A stretch of 64,000 nucleotides of DNA from Octopus vulgaris (GCA_951406725.2 OX597823.1:66650001-66714000); one strand, 5' to 3'. Counted from the stretch's first letter, positions 27,164 to 41,399 are shown. The notes: a model not told the origin generated them from the sequence alone. Made by a program: numbers and translations.

Positions 27164-27314
27164 ATGTGTATGTTACATATACATATGTATATATGTATAT
27201 ATATATATACGGATATATATATATGTATATATACATATATATGCATATACATAGAAATACACACACACAAACGTATACACACACACATACACACACACAC
27301 ACACATATATATAT

Positions 27315-27360
<46 letters not shown>

Positions 27361-27674
27361 TTAATTGCAATATGGCTACACTTGTATGCCTTTCAGATTT
27401 CTGAGGTCGAGAAAGTAAGATAGAAATACGAAAAAAAGTTATTCAAATACTGAGATCGATATCGTTGACAATAGCGTTGGAAGCGGATCGAGATGGCCGC
27501 TGTCTAATGACTGAGTCAAGAAAGAGAACAAATTAAAATATATATGTGCGTCTGTGTGTGTGTGTGTGTGTACATGTGTACATATGCGCGCGGTGTATGC
27601 AGATATATATAGTTATATATGTGTGTCAACTGGGAAATTGATGTATGCATTTTATAATCTCTTTTATATATATA

Positions 27675-27712
<38 letters not shown>

Positions 27713-27954
27713 TTTATGTTTGTGTGTGTGTGTATGTGTGTGTTTAGCCGTACGCGTGTGTCTCCGTACATGTGTATGTTTACCGGTGTCTTTTCGTGTT
27801 GGGAATAAACCTAAACTTCGGAAATTTTATTGCACTCATACTGCTAAAATTAACATAAAAATCCTAAAATTGAGAGTTGATGATGTAAGAATATATATAT
27901 GTACACAATCAGAAATAATCATGCAATCTCAATCTTACGTATCAAGCGTATAAT

Positions 27955-28001
<47 letters not shown>

Positions 28002-28411
28002 CACACACACTCCACACACTCATATATATATACATACATACATTCATGCATGCATACATACATACAGACAGACAGACACATAGACAGACATACATACATA
28101 CACACATACATACATGTGTGTTTATTTTTGTGCCCGGGTGTATGTAAATATATATATATTCATATAGATGCATGTATACATACAAACACACAGTTATATT
28201 ATTTGTAACTGAAACTAATGGAAAGAGAATTCTTTTTTATATATTATATATAGCAAACAGGAGATCGATACAAATAATTAAACGCCTCTTGGAAAGATCA
28301 AACACCATAAACACATATTTTTGCTTATTTTGTTCTCATCGACCTAAAAGAGGAAAATGTGTTCTTTGTATTTTGTCATCCATAACGTTCCTGCATATAC
28401 TTATGCATATG

Positions 28412-28483
<72 letters not shown>

Positions 28484-28591
28484 GATATAGATATATACGT
28501 ATTTATCTATCAAGACAAACATATATATACTAATGCATAAAGATTCACACACATACACACACATACCTACACACTCGCACACATATACACG

Positions 28592-28651
<60 letters not shown>

Positions 28652-28657
28652 TATGTA

Positions 28658-28705
<48 letters not shown>

Positions 28706-29062
28706 TACTGCAGATAAATGTAGAAATCGATGAAAGTAGCCCATTGATTACTCTTGACAAAGCACGAGGCCAATTTCTATTTTTTATAGTTATTTGTTTT
28801 CGGTTTTGTTTTTTTAGGGTGGAGTATAGACTATTGAAGTGAGTCTCAAGTAAATTATTGGTGTTTATGGGTTTTATCGATGCCGATAAGAGAAAAGGCC
28901 AAATTGAAATACGCCAGAATCCTGAACTTTCGAACATAAACCGTAGACATTCTAATCAGTCGTAGTAGCATTTGTGCAATAACTCTTTCCTGCATTCCGT
29001 GAGTTGTGGTACAGAAAAAAAATGACTTTTTATATAAATATATATAAATATATATATATATC

Positions 29063-29111
<49 letters not shown>

Positions 29112-29117
29112 GTATGT

Positions 29118-29192
<75 letters not shown>
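27070..29192. repeat. Dense run of (TA)n, (CA)n, (TG)n, (TACA)n microsatellites with short unique spacers
   Basis: Direct reading. Confidence 0.85.
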
Positions 29193-29195
<3 letters not shown>

Positions 29196-29619
29196 CGGTT
29201 ATATACGCACTCATGGGGATTGCTGTTCGATTTTGGTTTAGGAATTCTATTCATAGGAATTGGCATTGCACATTTTCTGTGGCCTTTCTGAAGACTTTCA
29301 TTTCAACAATCATATGTATATATATATACATAAATGTCGGCACATGAACACGCACAAGCACATAATGCATCTCTCTCACTTTCTCTAATCTTCCTCTCAA
29401 ATCTCTCTTCAGTCTCTCACTCCTTTCTCTCTGTATCTATCTGTCTCTCTGTTACATATTCACGTACAAACACACACATATACACCAACATCCACACACA
29501 CACACCTGCGTGTCTGTGTCAAGACACGTGAGTTTTGAAGTGGTATACCTATGGAAGATCCGACAGGGATTGGTAAGAGACTTTAGCACCGAGCGAACGC
29601 CATTGCGCTGTTCCAAGAT

Positions 29620-29930
29620 TTTATTCGTCCCGTCTTGTATACAGCAATAGCATCGAATTTAATTTTAATATCTTGCCCAAAAAACCAGAGAAGTCAACAT
29701 GGAGTTTGGCTAGATGTTTTCAAGAAGTACCTTGACTGCCTACTCTCCATGTTCCCAGAGGAACCTACATCACGGCACAAGAAAAAATTTCAAACGAGTA
29801 CAGCAATATCACATACCACCATTCACTAAAAGCCAACCCCATACGAACAACCATTGGAAAGGTGATGATACCGGTGGTGTTCCTGTAGTGTCACAACCTT
29901 TAAGCTGAAGCACATAAGCGAATAAAAGAA
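29620..29930 (+). mobile_element. CR1/L2-group LINE 3' end, degraded
   Basis: HGVWLDVFKKYLDCLLSMFPEEPTSR, homologous to 2098-2230. Confidence 0.5.
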
Positions 29931-30135
29931 AATACATATAATTGACCTAATTATTTGACTGAAACCTACTTGATAAAGCAAACTGTATCCGATGTGGTTA
30001 CGTTACGAAGCGTGTTTTAGCAGACTCTCACAATTCTGCTCATCAACTGACCTCTTTGTCTGAAGGATATGTGTGTGCGTGTGTGTGTATTATATTTTAA
30101 TACATATTATATGTTATAGATAGATATATAGAGAT

Positions 30136-30204
<69 letters not shown>

Positions 30205-30304
30205 CATGCACTCAAACACAAACGCATGTGTATCTTTTAGAATGTATTAAGTCTAGCAAGGCCGTACAGATACAGAAAAATTGAAACGTGGGAAACGTAG
30301 AAAT

Positions 30305-30460
30305 TTCATCATCATTGTTCGACCGTAGTCGAGACAATGGAATTTACCATGCTACGCCAGACTTCACGGTCCATCATGGCATTATGGAGGTCCTATTGCT
30401 GGATGCCTGTTTCCCTGGAGATTACATCAGGGTAGGAGAGTGTGCGCCCTCTGGTAGAAA
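30305..30460 (-). mobile_element. RTE-clade LINE 3' end
   Basis: Minus strand GRTLSYPDVISRETG..AMMDREVWRSMVNSIV followed by a (TGA)n tail; DRxxWR ending and short tandem tail are typical of RTE. Confidence 0.7.
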
Positions 30461-30899
30461 CTTAGAATAGGAGCTTAGAAAAGGAATCACAATCGAAATG
30501 CTTGCTACAAGACCAGTTTTCAACGCTATGCACGAAACCATCCTATAGGCCCGAGTGGCAGGATTGCAATGTCAACAATGTCATAAGTAGACTATAAACG
30601 GCATATGATACTTATCAGGAAAATATGTGCTGCTTTTCAGTATCCGAATAATTGTGCGAGAATGGATAGTGGGCCGAATCGCAAAAATGTTTTTAAGTGT
30701 TTTATTCAATTAGGTTCTGTGAATAACTCCTAATAGTTGTGTAAGTATGGGGATTGTTTTTTGACTGACTATCGAGAAAATTACTTGGTTTTGATGGGTC
30801 TTCCCTGTGAGCTTTTATTACTTTTATTTGCGATTTTTGTCTGGGGTTGTCTTGCTAGCAGAACTAGAAAATTCAATGTTCTTTAAGTCGAGCCGTTCA

Positions 30900-31430
30900 G
30901 AAGACACAAAATAAGCCGCGGAATTTCGTTGAGCCTGCAGTTCGGCCGGTTCAAGCCGTCCAACAGCGTCGTAGATCACTGGGAGTGTAAATCGTTAACT
31001 TCATTAGATTTTGGTTAGATTCAGACATACAAGAAGAGAAGTACTAGGTTGAAGTGACGATTAGGGTAACAGAAGAAATGGGCTAACAGACAGTGTCCTG
31101 TCTGTGTCTGCTGTAGAAGAGACACGCCCCACTGGTGAATCATTCTATACGTTGTTAGCATCCGCTGTGTAGGGAGCTGGACATGATTGTGGTCGCCGCT
31201 TGTCAAACTTCCTTTCCAACATCTCGGTTCTGTGACCGAGATGCATTCATGGATCATGCGTTGACCGAGGCAGGGCGCCTGGTACCTAGAGTAGACCTTT
31301 CTGCAAGTTAAGTAACGCGGTCAATGTAAATCCGACTTTGGCATTCTATAGACGGTTGATTAGAGATGAGACACGGTATCGTTTTCGAGAAGAGTCAGTC
31401 ACGACGAGAATCAACTGCCCGATTTTCATC
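30900..31430 (+). mobile_element. Degraded Tx1/L1-like ORF2 fragment (post-RT region)
   Basis: GC-richer block; broken reading WSPLV..FQHL..W..PRQGAWYLE and TLAFYRRLI resembles Tx1-group ORF2 upstream of the zf-RVT region seen at 58062-58780. Confidence 0.4.
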
Positions 31431-31469
31431 GGAGGGCTTTCAAGATTATTATTCTTGTCATTGCTAATA

Positions 31470-31660
31470 CGGCGAGCTGGAAGAAACGTTAGCACTCTGG
31501 ACAGAATGCTTCGTGATATTTCGTCCAGAGTACAAATACTGCCGAGGTGGACTTTGCCTTTGATCGTTTCGTGCTTGATAAAATATGAGCTCTGGGGTTG
31601 ATGTAATCGACTTACGCACCTCCCGAAATTGCTGGCCTTGTGCTAAAATTTAAAAGCGTT
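31470..31660 (+). mobile_element. SINE family B, degraded
   Basis: GGCGAGCTGG.AGAAACGTTAGCA...GCCGAGGT.GACTTTGCCTTT...GGCCTTGTGC. Confidence 0.75.
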
Positions 31661-32415
31661 ATTATGAGGTTTATCTACATCAAAGTGTCACAGAAACGAT
31701 AGTATGCTATGTATTTCTCTTACTGTAATGAGTCAACTTTACATGCTGGGATCGAATTCAAACGATTCTGATTTAACAATTTATTTCGTCGAGGTGACTT
31801 GAAAAGCAGTTACATAAAATGAATTCAATTCCATCAACTAATTTCCGATTCTATAAATATTTTGCCTTTGTTCTATAGGACTATTCCACTGTAAATCTCT
31901 CAGAATTTATTGTTGATGCACTCGTGTCATTTCAATCACATATATCATCCACTAACTGCAGGTTTTAGCCACTGGCCAGTCACGCCCAGCAGAATCGCTT
32001 CGATAAAATTCGAAGGAAATGCATTCGCTTAATCTCCACCAGCTCTCTGTAATTGAAGTAGAAATAGAGTTTAATATTTCTACAAGAAAATGAAGATGAC
32101 TACTCTAGTTAGAAGTGTCAACCTTCTCGCGAAATCGATTGCAAAATAAATGAAAAGACTACAAGACACTATATCGAGAATTATGCAAAGTAAACACGAA
32201 TGGCACAACATAGAGAAAGAATATTCAATGGTTGTTATCGCAACTGGCGTCATTGATTTTTCGCTTTAACTTTTGCATGCAATGTATGAAAGATATTATC
32301 TCATGGTATTTCTCATTAAGCCTCTGACACAAACCAACACAAACATGCAAACAGAAACACGGATAAGCACATAAATTTAGAAAATTAAGACACGCAGACA
32401 CAAACACATACGCAG

Positions 32416-32466
<51 letters not shown>

Positions 32467-32592
32467 AAATATATATACACACACATGCATATATACATAA
32501 TACAGACATGTGGACGCATAAATACGCGCGCGCACACACATATATATGAGTGTGTGTACACATTTAAATATTTATACATATCTATGCATAAT

Positions 32593-32645
<53 letters not shown>

Positions 32646-32649
32646 TTTT

Positions 32650-32810
32650 ACTTTTAGTTTTACTCTTGCTTGTTTCAGTCATTAGACTACGGCCATGTGT
32701 AGTCTAGCTATAGTAGAAGACACTTGCCGAAGATGCCACGCAGTGGGACTGAACCCGGAACCATGTGGCTGGTAAGCAAGCTACATACCACACACCCACT
32801 CCTGCGCCTA
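32650..32810 (-). mobile_element. SINE family C with a large internal deletion
   Basis: Head (32707-32810) joined directly to the 3' end (32650-32697). Confidence 0.8.
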
Positions 32811-33369
32811 ATTAGTGAATTAGTTATGCAGATGTTAACTGGGACGATCATCAACAACAAATGATGTTTTGCTCTGCAAAAGTGAGATTAGAGTAGAGTC
32901 AATAAGGTGTTGTAAAGTTATATCTATAGCATAAAACATAGGAGTTAGAAACTTAGAATCTTAGAAGATAAGCTTCCAAAAGGCGTCGCAACCGATGAGT
33001 TCATTGCGAGACTAATCTTCGGATAACTATAAAACACGAAGCCCAAACGTTGCATGCGGACCATAGACGAAGCATGATATCCGAATCTCGTTAGTCTATA
33101 TAGCTTTTCAACTTGATCGACAGTTCGTAACGAATGATAGGCTGGAACGCTGAATGGACAGCAATTCTTCTATAGATGGAGTGATGCACCTCTCACAAAA
33201 GGAGGCGGACTGCCGTAGTTTACAGAGATATCTGCTTGGTGATTAGGTTCAAGGGTCATCAATCTAAGCCATTTAGTATCATGCACTTGGACCGTCAAGA
33301 TATTCCTCTCTCTCGTGTCATTGTATGTACTGACACTTGAAACACTACAGCTGAAACAGGAGACGTTTT

Positions 33370-33537
33370 GGATGGGGAAAGAATCCTGCCAGATCTAGTT
33401 CAAATTTCGCCAAGGTTGACTTTCCATCTCATTCCTTTGGGGCTGATGAATTAAGTATCAATGAAACACTGAGATCGATGTAAACGACTAGGTATCTGCC
33501 CCAAAATTTCAGGCCTTGTGCCTGTAGTAGAAAGGAT
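33370..33537 (+). mobile_element. SINE family B, degraded, tail running into (ATT)n
   Basis: GTTCAAATTTCGCC.AGGT.GACTTT...GGCCTTGTGCCT.TAGTAGAAAGG. Confidence 0.7.
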
Positions 33538-33558
33538 TATTATTATTATTATTATTAT

Positions 33559-33612
<54 letters not shown>

Positions 33613-33953
33613 GAGGAGGAGGAGGAGGAGGAGTTGCACCACCATCACCAGCACCACCAGCAGCCATTGAAGAATTTGGACCTTGATATCTCCATTTCAA
33701 GCGACTTCAAGGGCCACCTCTCAGTGGTGTCGGGCGTCAACGAAGAGCCCTCGACTACAACAAGACGACCAAATTTTTTTTCCAAGGTCCGGGGTCTCCC
33801 GTCCCTAAGCCCTAGACCATCGCCTAATCACCCTTACCCGTCTTGTTGCTTAACAACAACAACAACAGCAGCACCAGCAGCGGCGGCGGTGGTGGTGGTG
33901 GTGCTGTTGCTGCTGCTACTGCTGCTGGTAGTGTTAGCAGCAGCAGCAGTAGT
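33536..33953. repeat. Compound trinucleotide arrays (ATT, AGT, AGG, CAC, AAC, GCG, GGT, GCT) around a ~190 bp unique insert
   Basis: Direct reading. Confidence 0.9.
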
Positions 33954-34152
33954 GTTCTTCTTGCCTGATGTTGCTTTTTGTGGTTGTTCTGCATGAAAAA
34001 CAAAATGTACAGTGCAACATATACTGCATCAATTCGATCAACAATAATTTTTTGCAAGGAATATGTGGATTTTTGCCAGTGAGAGAACTTTATATAAATT
34101 CCAGTTTCTGCAATCGATATATGAATATTTGCACTCTTAAATTGTGTATCTG

Positions 34153-34202
<50 letters not shown>

Positions 34203-34203
34203 T

Positions 34204-34248
<45 letters not shown>

Positions 34249-36724
34249 ATCTTAAATATATACTTACGTATGCGTGTGCGTTCGTTTTATTTTAGTTTAG
34301 TCCCATGAATTCATGGTGACTACAGCTTTTCCATTCATGTTTTCAGGGTCGTTTATAACTTACTAGTCCAATATGGCGTTTTTTATGGAAATGTAAAAGA
34401 TTCGTCACGGTATTTCTCTCGTTAACTAACATTCTGAATCTATATCTTTCTATAGATTTATTCATTGATAAACTTTAAACATTGTCCGATATAGCACCAA
34501 TTTCTGCGATAATGTGTGACTGCATCGGAGCACAATTGCAAACGTTACGGACCGTTGTCTGGTTTAAATATACCCTTTCTTGTCTCTGAGGCCCTGCATC
34601 CAGTCAAGACCCTGTGGGTATGGGCCTTAGAAATTCAAATGTGGGTTCGCTTTATATTTTCACTTGTTTAATCCCACCTAAGTTCTGATTGAGAAGGCCT
34701 AAATTTGAAGGAGTTACAGCTGTCGCCTTTCTTTCTTATCTATAATAGTTACGTATGTTCCTCGTTTCTAAGATGGTAGTCAGCTATTTCTAACAGAATA
34801 AGCTACTACGAAAATTTCCCTTTGTTGTCACTTTCCTGATTTGAATACTCTTGGCTTTGTCTAACTCGAGGAACGTTCGAGACTACATAATAACTATCAT
34901 CTCTCCTCTCTGATCATTCATGTTTGACGGGATACTATCGAATGTGTCATTTCGTTAGTTATACAGTAATTCGGGTTCTGAGGAAAGATATACTTGTTAT
35001 TTCTAGCATGCCAAGAGACCATGAAAACTCTCTCTCATTGAGAGAAATTATATGGTTTACTCTGGTGTCTTAATCTAATTTTATATCCCTATAGTAATAT
35101 TCCTAAAGGGTTATGTGATTTGACAATTTACAGTTAACTTTGCGGTCATATCTTATTGAAGTTCCAATTCAATGTATGATATTTACTTAATTGCAGAGGG
35201 CCCAATTAAGTGTTTGTAGTTTTGTTGTCAAAGTATTTATAAGATGACAACAGATTTAAGGACATGCAAGCAATAACAACTGAAGTCTGGGTGTTTTATG
35301 CTATATTATTGCTGACGTCGTGTTGTTGAGAAATTCACTTTGGGCTACAACCATTCCTGGTTCCATCACGTACACGTCACTTCCTTGCACAATTGACTTT
35401 GTCCATAGCCTAGGTCAACCTAAAGCATGTTAGTGAAATCAGATACATAGCAATTATGATGTGAACGTAATCTGTTAGTTTAACAACACCATCTGACCAA
35501 ATTCTACCAAATTTTAGCGGGATTTTATGTCAATGAATCTGACCTTTCATCTGATCTGAGGAAAACTCCTTTGAAGTAAGAATAAATCAAGATAGAGGTC
35601 AGTTTAAAGTATCTTGCCAAACGACGCAGGATTTCATATTCACACTGCCCATTTATAGTAGGATGATGTGGTAATATGGTTAAAAGCCTGTGATGTCTCA
35701 TGATAGCCTCCATTAAGAGCTACATTTATGTCATTGATAGCCATTATAGCATCCCATCGGAGCGGAAACTGAACATTTATTAAAATATCATTCTTTCAAA
35801 GAAATGAGTAACACTGGACAAAAACAATTAGATTCATATTAGGAAATATGTAATGCTCATTAGTAAAAGAAGGCATTTCATTGAACGAGCATAAGTGTGA
35901 AGTGTTCAGAACACGATCTGTAAAGCTTAATTCGATAATTTCAAATGCAGCAAAATTCATTTGAAAATTTATATTTTCATTACATTCTCTTAAAAAATAT
36001 ACGAGCAAATTTGAAGAATTTTGATAAAATATTATTTCCCTTCCGTTTGATACTTATGTTGATATCATGAACACAGGCTTCTCGTCAAAGTGTTTACATG
36101 AATATAATTGGTCATAATTCGTTGGAAATACTAAACATCATTTGTAAGGCGGATCCTAAGACTTTTGAACTGAAGATTTTAATAGCCTGTCTTTTCAAAT
36201 GCTGTAAATACCTTACCATTGTAATAAAACGCTTCTCAGTAGTAAGAGCTATATAACTATCTTTCTCAAGCGCTTATAACCTGGTTTGTCTTTATGATTC
36301 GGTAGCTTTCATTAATTCTTTTTACGTGTCCATTTAGAGACGAGGAGATAGAGACACCCTCACAGACATCCCATCTTTGACCCAACGGAACAACAACGAT
36401 ATAACAGCGAGCGGGAGATTGATCTACACTAGCAGTCAACTCATTTTCAGCTGAGTACATGGGAAAATCATGAAATGATATACCTTGTTCAAGAGCACAG
36501 TACGCTGCCCAGTACATGATTTGATCCCCCGACCTTATGATTGAAAATTCAGTACCTTTACTATGCGCTAAGTAAATCAACAGTCGTATGTTTTTTCCTT
36601 GAGTTCCAGGACTCATAATGCCGATTACTCTGTTTTCCTGGCATATAAGTAACCGAGCTTAACACAGTAGCCATGGATGGAACTCCTGTCCGTTTAAAAG
36701 TTCCTGGCTAGTTACTTTTGAGTG

Positions 36725-36900
36725 GAAGGGACAAGTCGATTACATCGACTTCAGTAATCGACTGGTAAATTATTTTATTGACTTGAATGAATGATAGGCA
36801 AAATTAACCTCACCGGTATTTGAATTCAAAACATAAAGAGCCGGAAAAAATGTTGTAAAGCATTTCGACCGACGTGTTAACGGATTCTGTAAGCTCACTC
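36725..36900 (-). mobile_element. SINE family B, degraded
   Basis: AGTCGATTACATCGAC, ACTGGTA..TTATTTTAT, TTTGAA.TCA.AAC as in other minus-strand copies. Confidence 0.6.
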
Positions 36901-37370
36901 ATTGCCAGAAAACATTTTGTTAACTGTCACATCTAAATTGAACACGGTTTCTAAGTAGATGGATTTAGTAACAGCTTTGAGGTAGTCCACCATTAAAATT
37001 GTTTAGCTGTTAGCGTTAACGATATGCAAATGTGCTTCCCCGTAGCGAAGCAATTCAAAGAACAACACCTGAGCAGAATCAGGTACTTCGAGGAAACATG
37101 TTTCGTCATTAGTGAAATCAATTTAACTGAATCATTTGAATAAAACCTGTATGATTTTTAGTCACCAACCCTATCTTAGGGACAACTGATGCAGTAATAA
37201 TCTTCCGGAACTATCAGCAAACACGTTTAATGAAGTTAAACCAAGGTTTAATTATTATATACATATATACAAACGAACACACACATACATAATGCATATA
37301 CAAACTTGCATGCATACATACATGCATGCATGCATACATACATACATGCATGCATGGATACATACATACA

Positions 37371-37404
<34 letters not shown>

Positions 37405-37731
37405 CATGTGTATGCGCGCACACACACTGACCTACACATCCGCACAAGCAAAAGGAACGTAACTTCAATAACGGACAGAGTGAACAACTATTGAAAATGA
37501 GTGGAAATTTTACCGGTGAGTGTGTTAAATTATAAGGCACTAGAAGATGACTCTCCCCAGAGTTAACAGAATATGCTTCAACACACGAACTCACATAAAG
37601 AACCTTGCAAACCAAATCCAAAAATGACATAAGAAAGTTGCTTAACGTATAAGGGATACAGGTATACGTCACAAAGTGAAAAGAAGTATGTACTTATTTT
37701 CTGTGCATCTGCAGACGTTTGTAAGGGCATA

Positions 37732-38127
37732 TCTTTATATATAAAAGAGAGGTTGTGTGCTGTCCGTCTCCTACGATTTAGATTCCTAACTACTCCCACA
37801 TTTTGCAGTGCAGTTTAACCAAAACCGGGTATCTTATAGTCGTGATTCATATCGAGCCCTTCTGGTTATTAGCGCACGTCTACGATGAGTCTACGATTTA
37901 AAAAAAAAATTACCATCAATTTTTCCCATTTTTTAATGCATTTTTGGCATATATAAGGGAAGTAACTCTCTAAAAATTTATTATTAAATCTCAGAACGTA
38001 AAAAGCTACAGTAACATCCCCCTTTGTGGTTAGCCATATTGAGATGGCTATTATACTTTACATCTCTAAAAATGCTTATATAGTTATTTCCCTTACAAAC
38101 CCGAGCAACGCCGGGCGATACTGCTAG
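37732..38127 (+). mobile_element. Non-autonomous Helitron (subfamily 1)
   Basis: Inserted between A(37731) and T(38128); starts TC, ends CTAG, subterminal hairpin CCCGAGCAACGCCGGG; second copy at 50975-51346. Confidence 0.88.
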
Positions 38128-38956
38128 TTCTTTCTATACTTGAAACATTTTCCTTTTCAAACTTTTTTTTTTTGTGCATGTCGGAGGGATATTTGGTGAA
38201 AAATAGTATCTTATCACTTCGGTGAGGTCTACTACATGATTTTAATCTGAAAAGGCAAAGTCAGAGAATTGGAGCTCTCTCAGGAGTTACTTCCAAGACA
38301 CGTTTCTGGTTTACTGCTGAAGTCAAGTTTTGGGTTTCGTTTCCAGTATCTGATTCGTACGCAAACAGTAGTGATTGTGGATAAAAATGAATCCCAATAC
38401 ATTCGTCTTTCTGCTTCAAGTTACAGTTTGAAATGAGTTTTTGAAGATATCTCACTGTGGTCAATAGTTGGCGAGTAGCTAAGTTTCGTCGCATGCGTAT
38501 TTAACAGGTAGGTGAAAACAAATTTTAGCGCAGTTCTTATGTCGTGAGAGATAGTGCACTAAGAAATAGTTTCAAACTTTTCTGGAGACCAAGATAAGAA
38601 GTACTAACTACTTCGAGTCTCTACCGTGTAAAGGCAAGCAACCAAATCTTAAAGGTGTGTGAAGCTTCAGGAACTAAGATAATTCATTGAAGTTTGTCAA
38701 TAGTTCTATTTTAAGTGGATTAGATTAAAGAACAGCCAAAACAGGCAAGTTAGTTTCAAGCTGGCTTTAATTTACTAAACTTTCTAATGAAAGAAATGTC
38801 AGAGATAGACGTTTGTAATGTAATACTAGTAGCCATGGCGAGAGAAATATCTCATTTACATTCAACCATTTCTATTGTTATTATATAGCTTAAAACTATC
38901 ACCTCGTGATATGTAAGTTTTTTTTCCGTTCTTTCATGTCATTAATATAGCAGGCC

Positions 38957-39339
38957 GTGGAGGCGCAATGGCCCAGTGGTTAGGGCAGCGGACTCGCGGT
39001 CGTAGGATCGCGGTTTCGATTCCCAGACCAGGCATTGTGAGTGTTTATTGAGCGAAAACACCTAAAGCTTCACAAGGCTCTGCAGGGGGGGGGGTGAACC
39101 CTGCTGTACTCTTTCACCACAACTTTCTCTCACTCTTTCTTCCTGTTTCTGTTGTACCTGTATTTCAAAGGGCCAGCCTTGTCACACTCCGTGTCACGCT
39201 GAATCTCCTCGAGAACTACGTTAAGGGTACACGTGTCTGTGGAATGCTCAGCCACTTGCACGTTAATTCCACGAGCAAGCTGTTCCGTTGATCGTATCAG
39301 CTGGGGCCCTCATCGTCGTAACCGACGGAGTGCTCCTAC
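38957..39339 (+). mobile_element. tRNA-derived SINE with family A tail but a different head and body
   Basis: A box TGGCCCAGTGG, B box GGTTTCGATTCC; perfect 11-bp TSD TATAGCAGGCC at 38946-38956 and 39340-39350. Confidence 0.9.
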
Positions 39340-39805
39340 TATAGCAGGCCATAGAAAGTATTAAGCTATTAAGAATATATTCATTCTGTAATTATAAGAC
39401 GCAACCAACACTGTTTGATCATGGAGTCCACTTCGCAAACAAGAAATTTTGGTTTCAATTTCAGTGAGTGGATGCTTAGACAGATCAAGCCCTGTGAGTA
39501 AATTTTGTAGAGTAAAACTTATAAATTATACAATCTTTACACATGTTTCGCTACCGTATGCTAGTAGAGTATGGTATGAAATATTCATTTCTCAAACGCC
39601 CGTCCAAACATCTTAGACCGCTGGTTTTTCAGAAGAAATTAGTAATTCAATCGATTGCATATTATTAGCCTTAGTTAATATACAGAAAATGTATGAAATT
39701 AAATTAGATACACATAAATTTACATATAAATTTCGAAGCAACGTTTAGGTGTGCGTTTACGCCTATATATGAGTGTGCGTATGTGCAGTCCTGTGTTTCC
39801 GTGCT

Positions 39806-39858
39806 TGTGTGTGTGTGTGTGTGTGTGTGTCTGTGTGTGTGTGTGTGTCTGTGTGTGT

Positions 39859-39897
<39 letters not shown>

Positions 39898-39899
39898 TG

Positions 39900-39938
<39 letters not shown>

Positions 39939-39950
39939 GACAGAGAGAGA
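39806..39950. repeat. (TG)n-(GA)n microsatellite
   Basis: Direct reading. Confidence 0.95.
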
Positions 39951-40744
39951 TGCGATGTTTGTGTAACTATATAGTTCTAAATACAGCTTGTTAGAACTGC
40001 GGGACGGTCAAAAGAAAAGTGAATAGCAACACGAGGAAAACTATGAAAATTTAAAAAAGAAACAGTTAATGCAAGTGAAATATCATGGAAAATTTGAGAG
40101 TAAGAGTGGCTGCAAGACGGCCGCAGTTTCAGTGACTTTATTAAAATTAGAGAGTGGTTGGAAAATGAAAAATGTTGCTAACAGCGAAATTTCTAATTTT
40201 AAAATGTAATACTAATATCAACTCCACCATGTTATTGCCTTTTCCGTGATAAACATATTTTGTAATGTTAATTATAAAACTATTTAAAGTAAAACTATTT
40301 AAAATCACGCTCGTCCCGTACCTGTTCGTGCTCACCACTTTTTACAGAAAATGAATGGAACAGATTTGTTCCATTTCCGTACTGTGGAATCTGTTGTAAT
40401 CCGTAATTTCAACAAGTCGCTATTCATCTGTAAATCTATTTCGCATTCCACAATTTACTGACTAATGAAGTCATTTCCTCCGCGTTTTACAAATTGCGAT
40501 TATAGACGTGCATGAGGCTCGCGTGATGTCACATAATTCTACCGTTCGTAATTAACTCTGGAATATATGATTACATTCTCTGGACTGCAGATAAGAAACT
40601 TAGAATATAAAATGTTAATAATTTGCGAGTGAAATAAATCCAAGAGATTCACAGCTGGAAATTATGACAAAGAAAGACCACTGTTGTCACAGCAAACATG
40701 TTTCGTCCATGCATGGGGGTTTTCTTCGTGTTCTTTTTGTTTTT

Positions 40745-41125
40745 ACTTTTTATATTTTATTTGTTTCAGTCAATGGACTGCGGCCATTCTGAAGCACCGC
40801 CTTGAAGAGCTATAGTGGAACGAATCGACCCCATTATTTATCTCTTTATGCCTGGTTCTTATTTCATCGGTCTCTTTTGCCAAACAGCTAAGTTATGGAG
40901 ACCGGTTGTCAAGCGGTACTGGTGGAAAAACACAAACACATACATTTATATGGGCATGTTTACATACATATATGACGAGCATCTTTCGGTTTCTATCTAC
41001 CAAATCAACTTACAAGGTTTTGGCCGCCCTGAGCAATTGTACTTGTCAAGTGAGATATCGTAAGACCGAACCCGGAATAATGTGGATTGGAAGCGAACCT
41101 CCTTACGAAACAACCACGCCAGCCT
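40745..41125 (-). mobile_element. SINE family C, degraded full copy
   Basis: Reverse complement of 11854-12255 throughout. Confidence 0.75.
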
Positions 41126-41399
41126 GTCCACATCATATGTTTCCAAAATTATGTTATCCTAAATTTATGAGTAGATCTAGTCGCTTAAATATGATGATGT
41201 CATATCCAAAGTCCTGCACAATTCTTCAAGTACATGCAGATTCATAGATTCAGCGGCTCGAGTTAGACGGACTTTCTTCAGTCTGTATTAGATCACTGTG
41301 ATTGCTAATCGTTGGAGTTAGAAAGTAAAAATAAGACATATAAGCGGGACGTTTAAAAGGCTATCTGTTAAACAAAATTAATGAAACAATGAAACTGAT

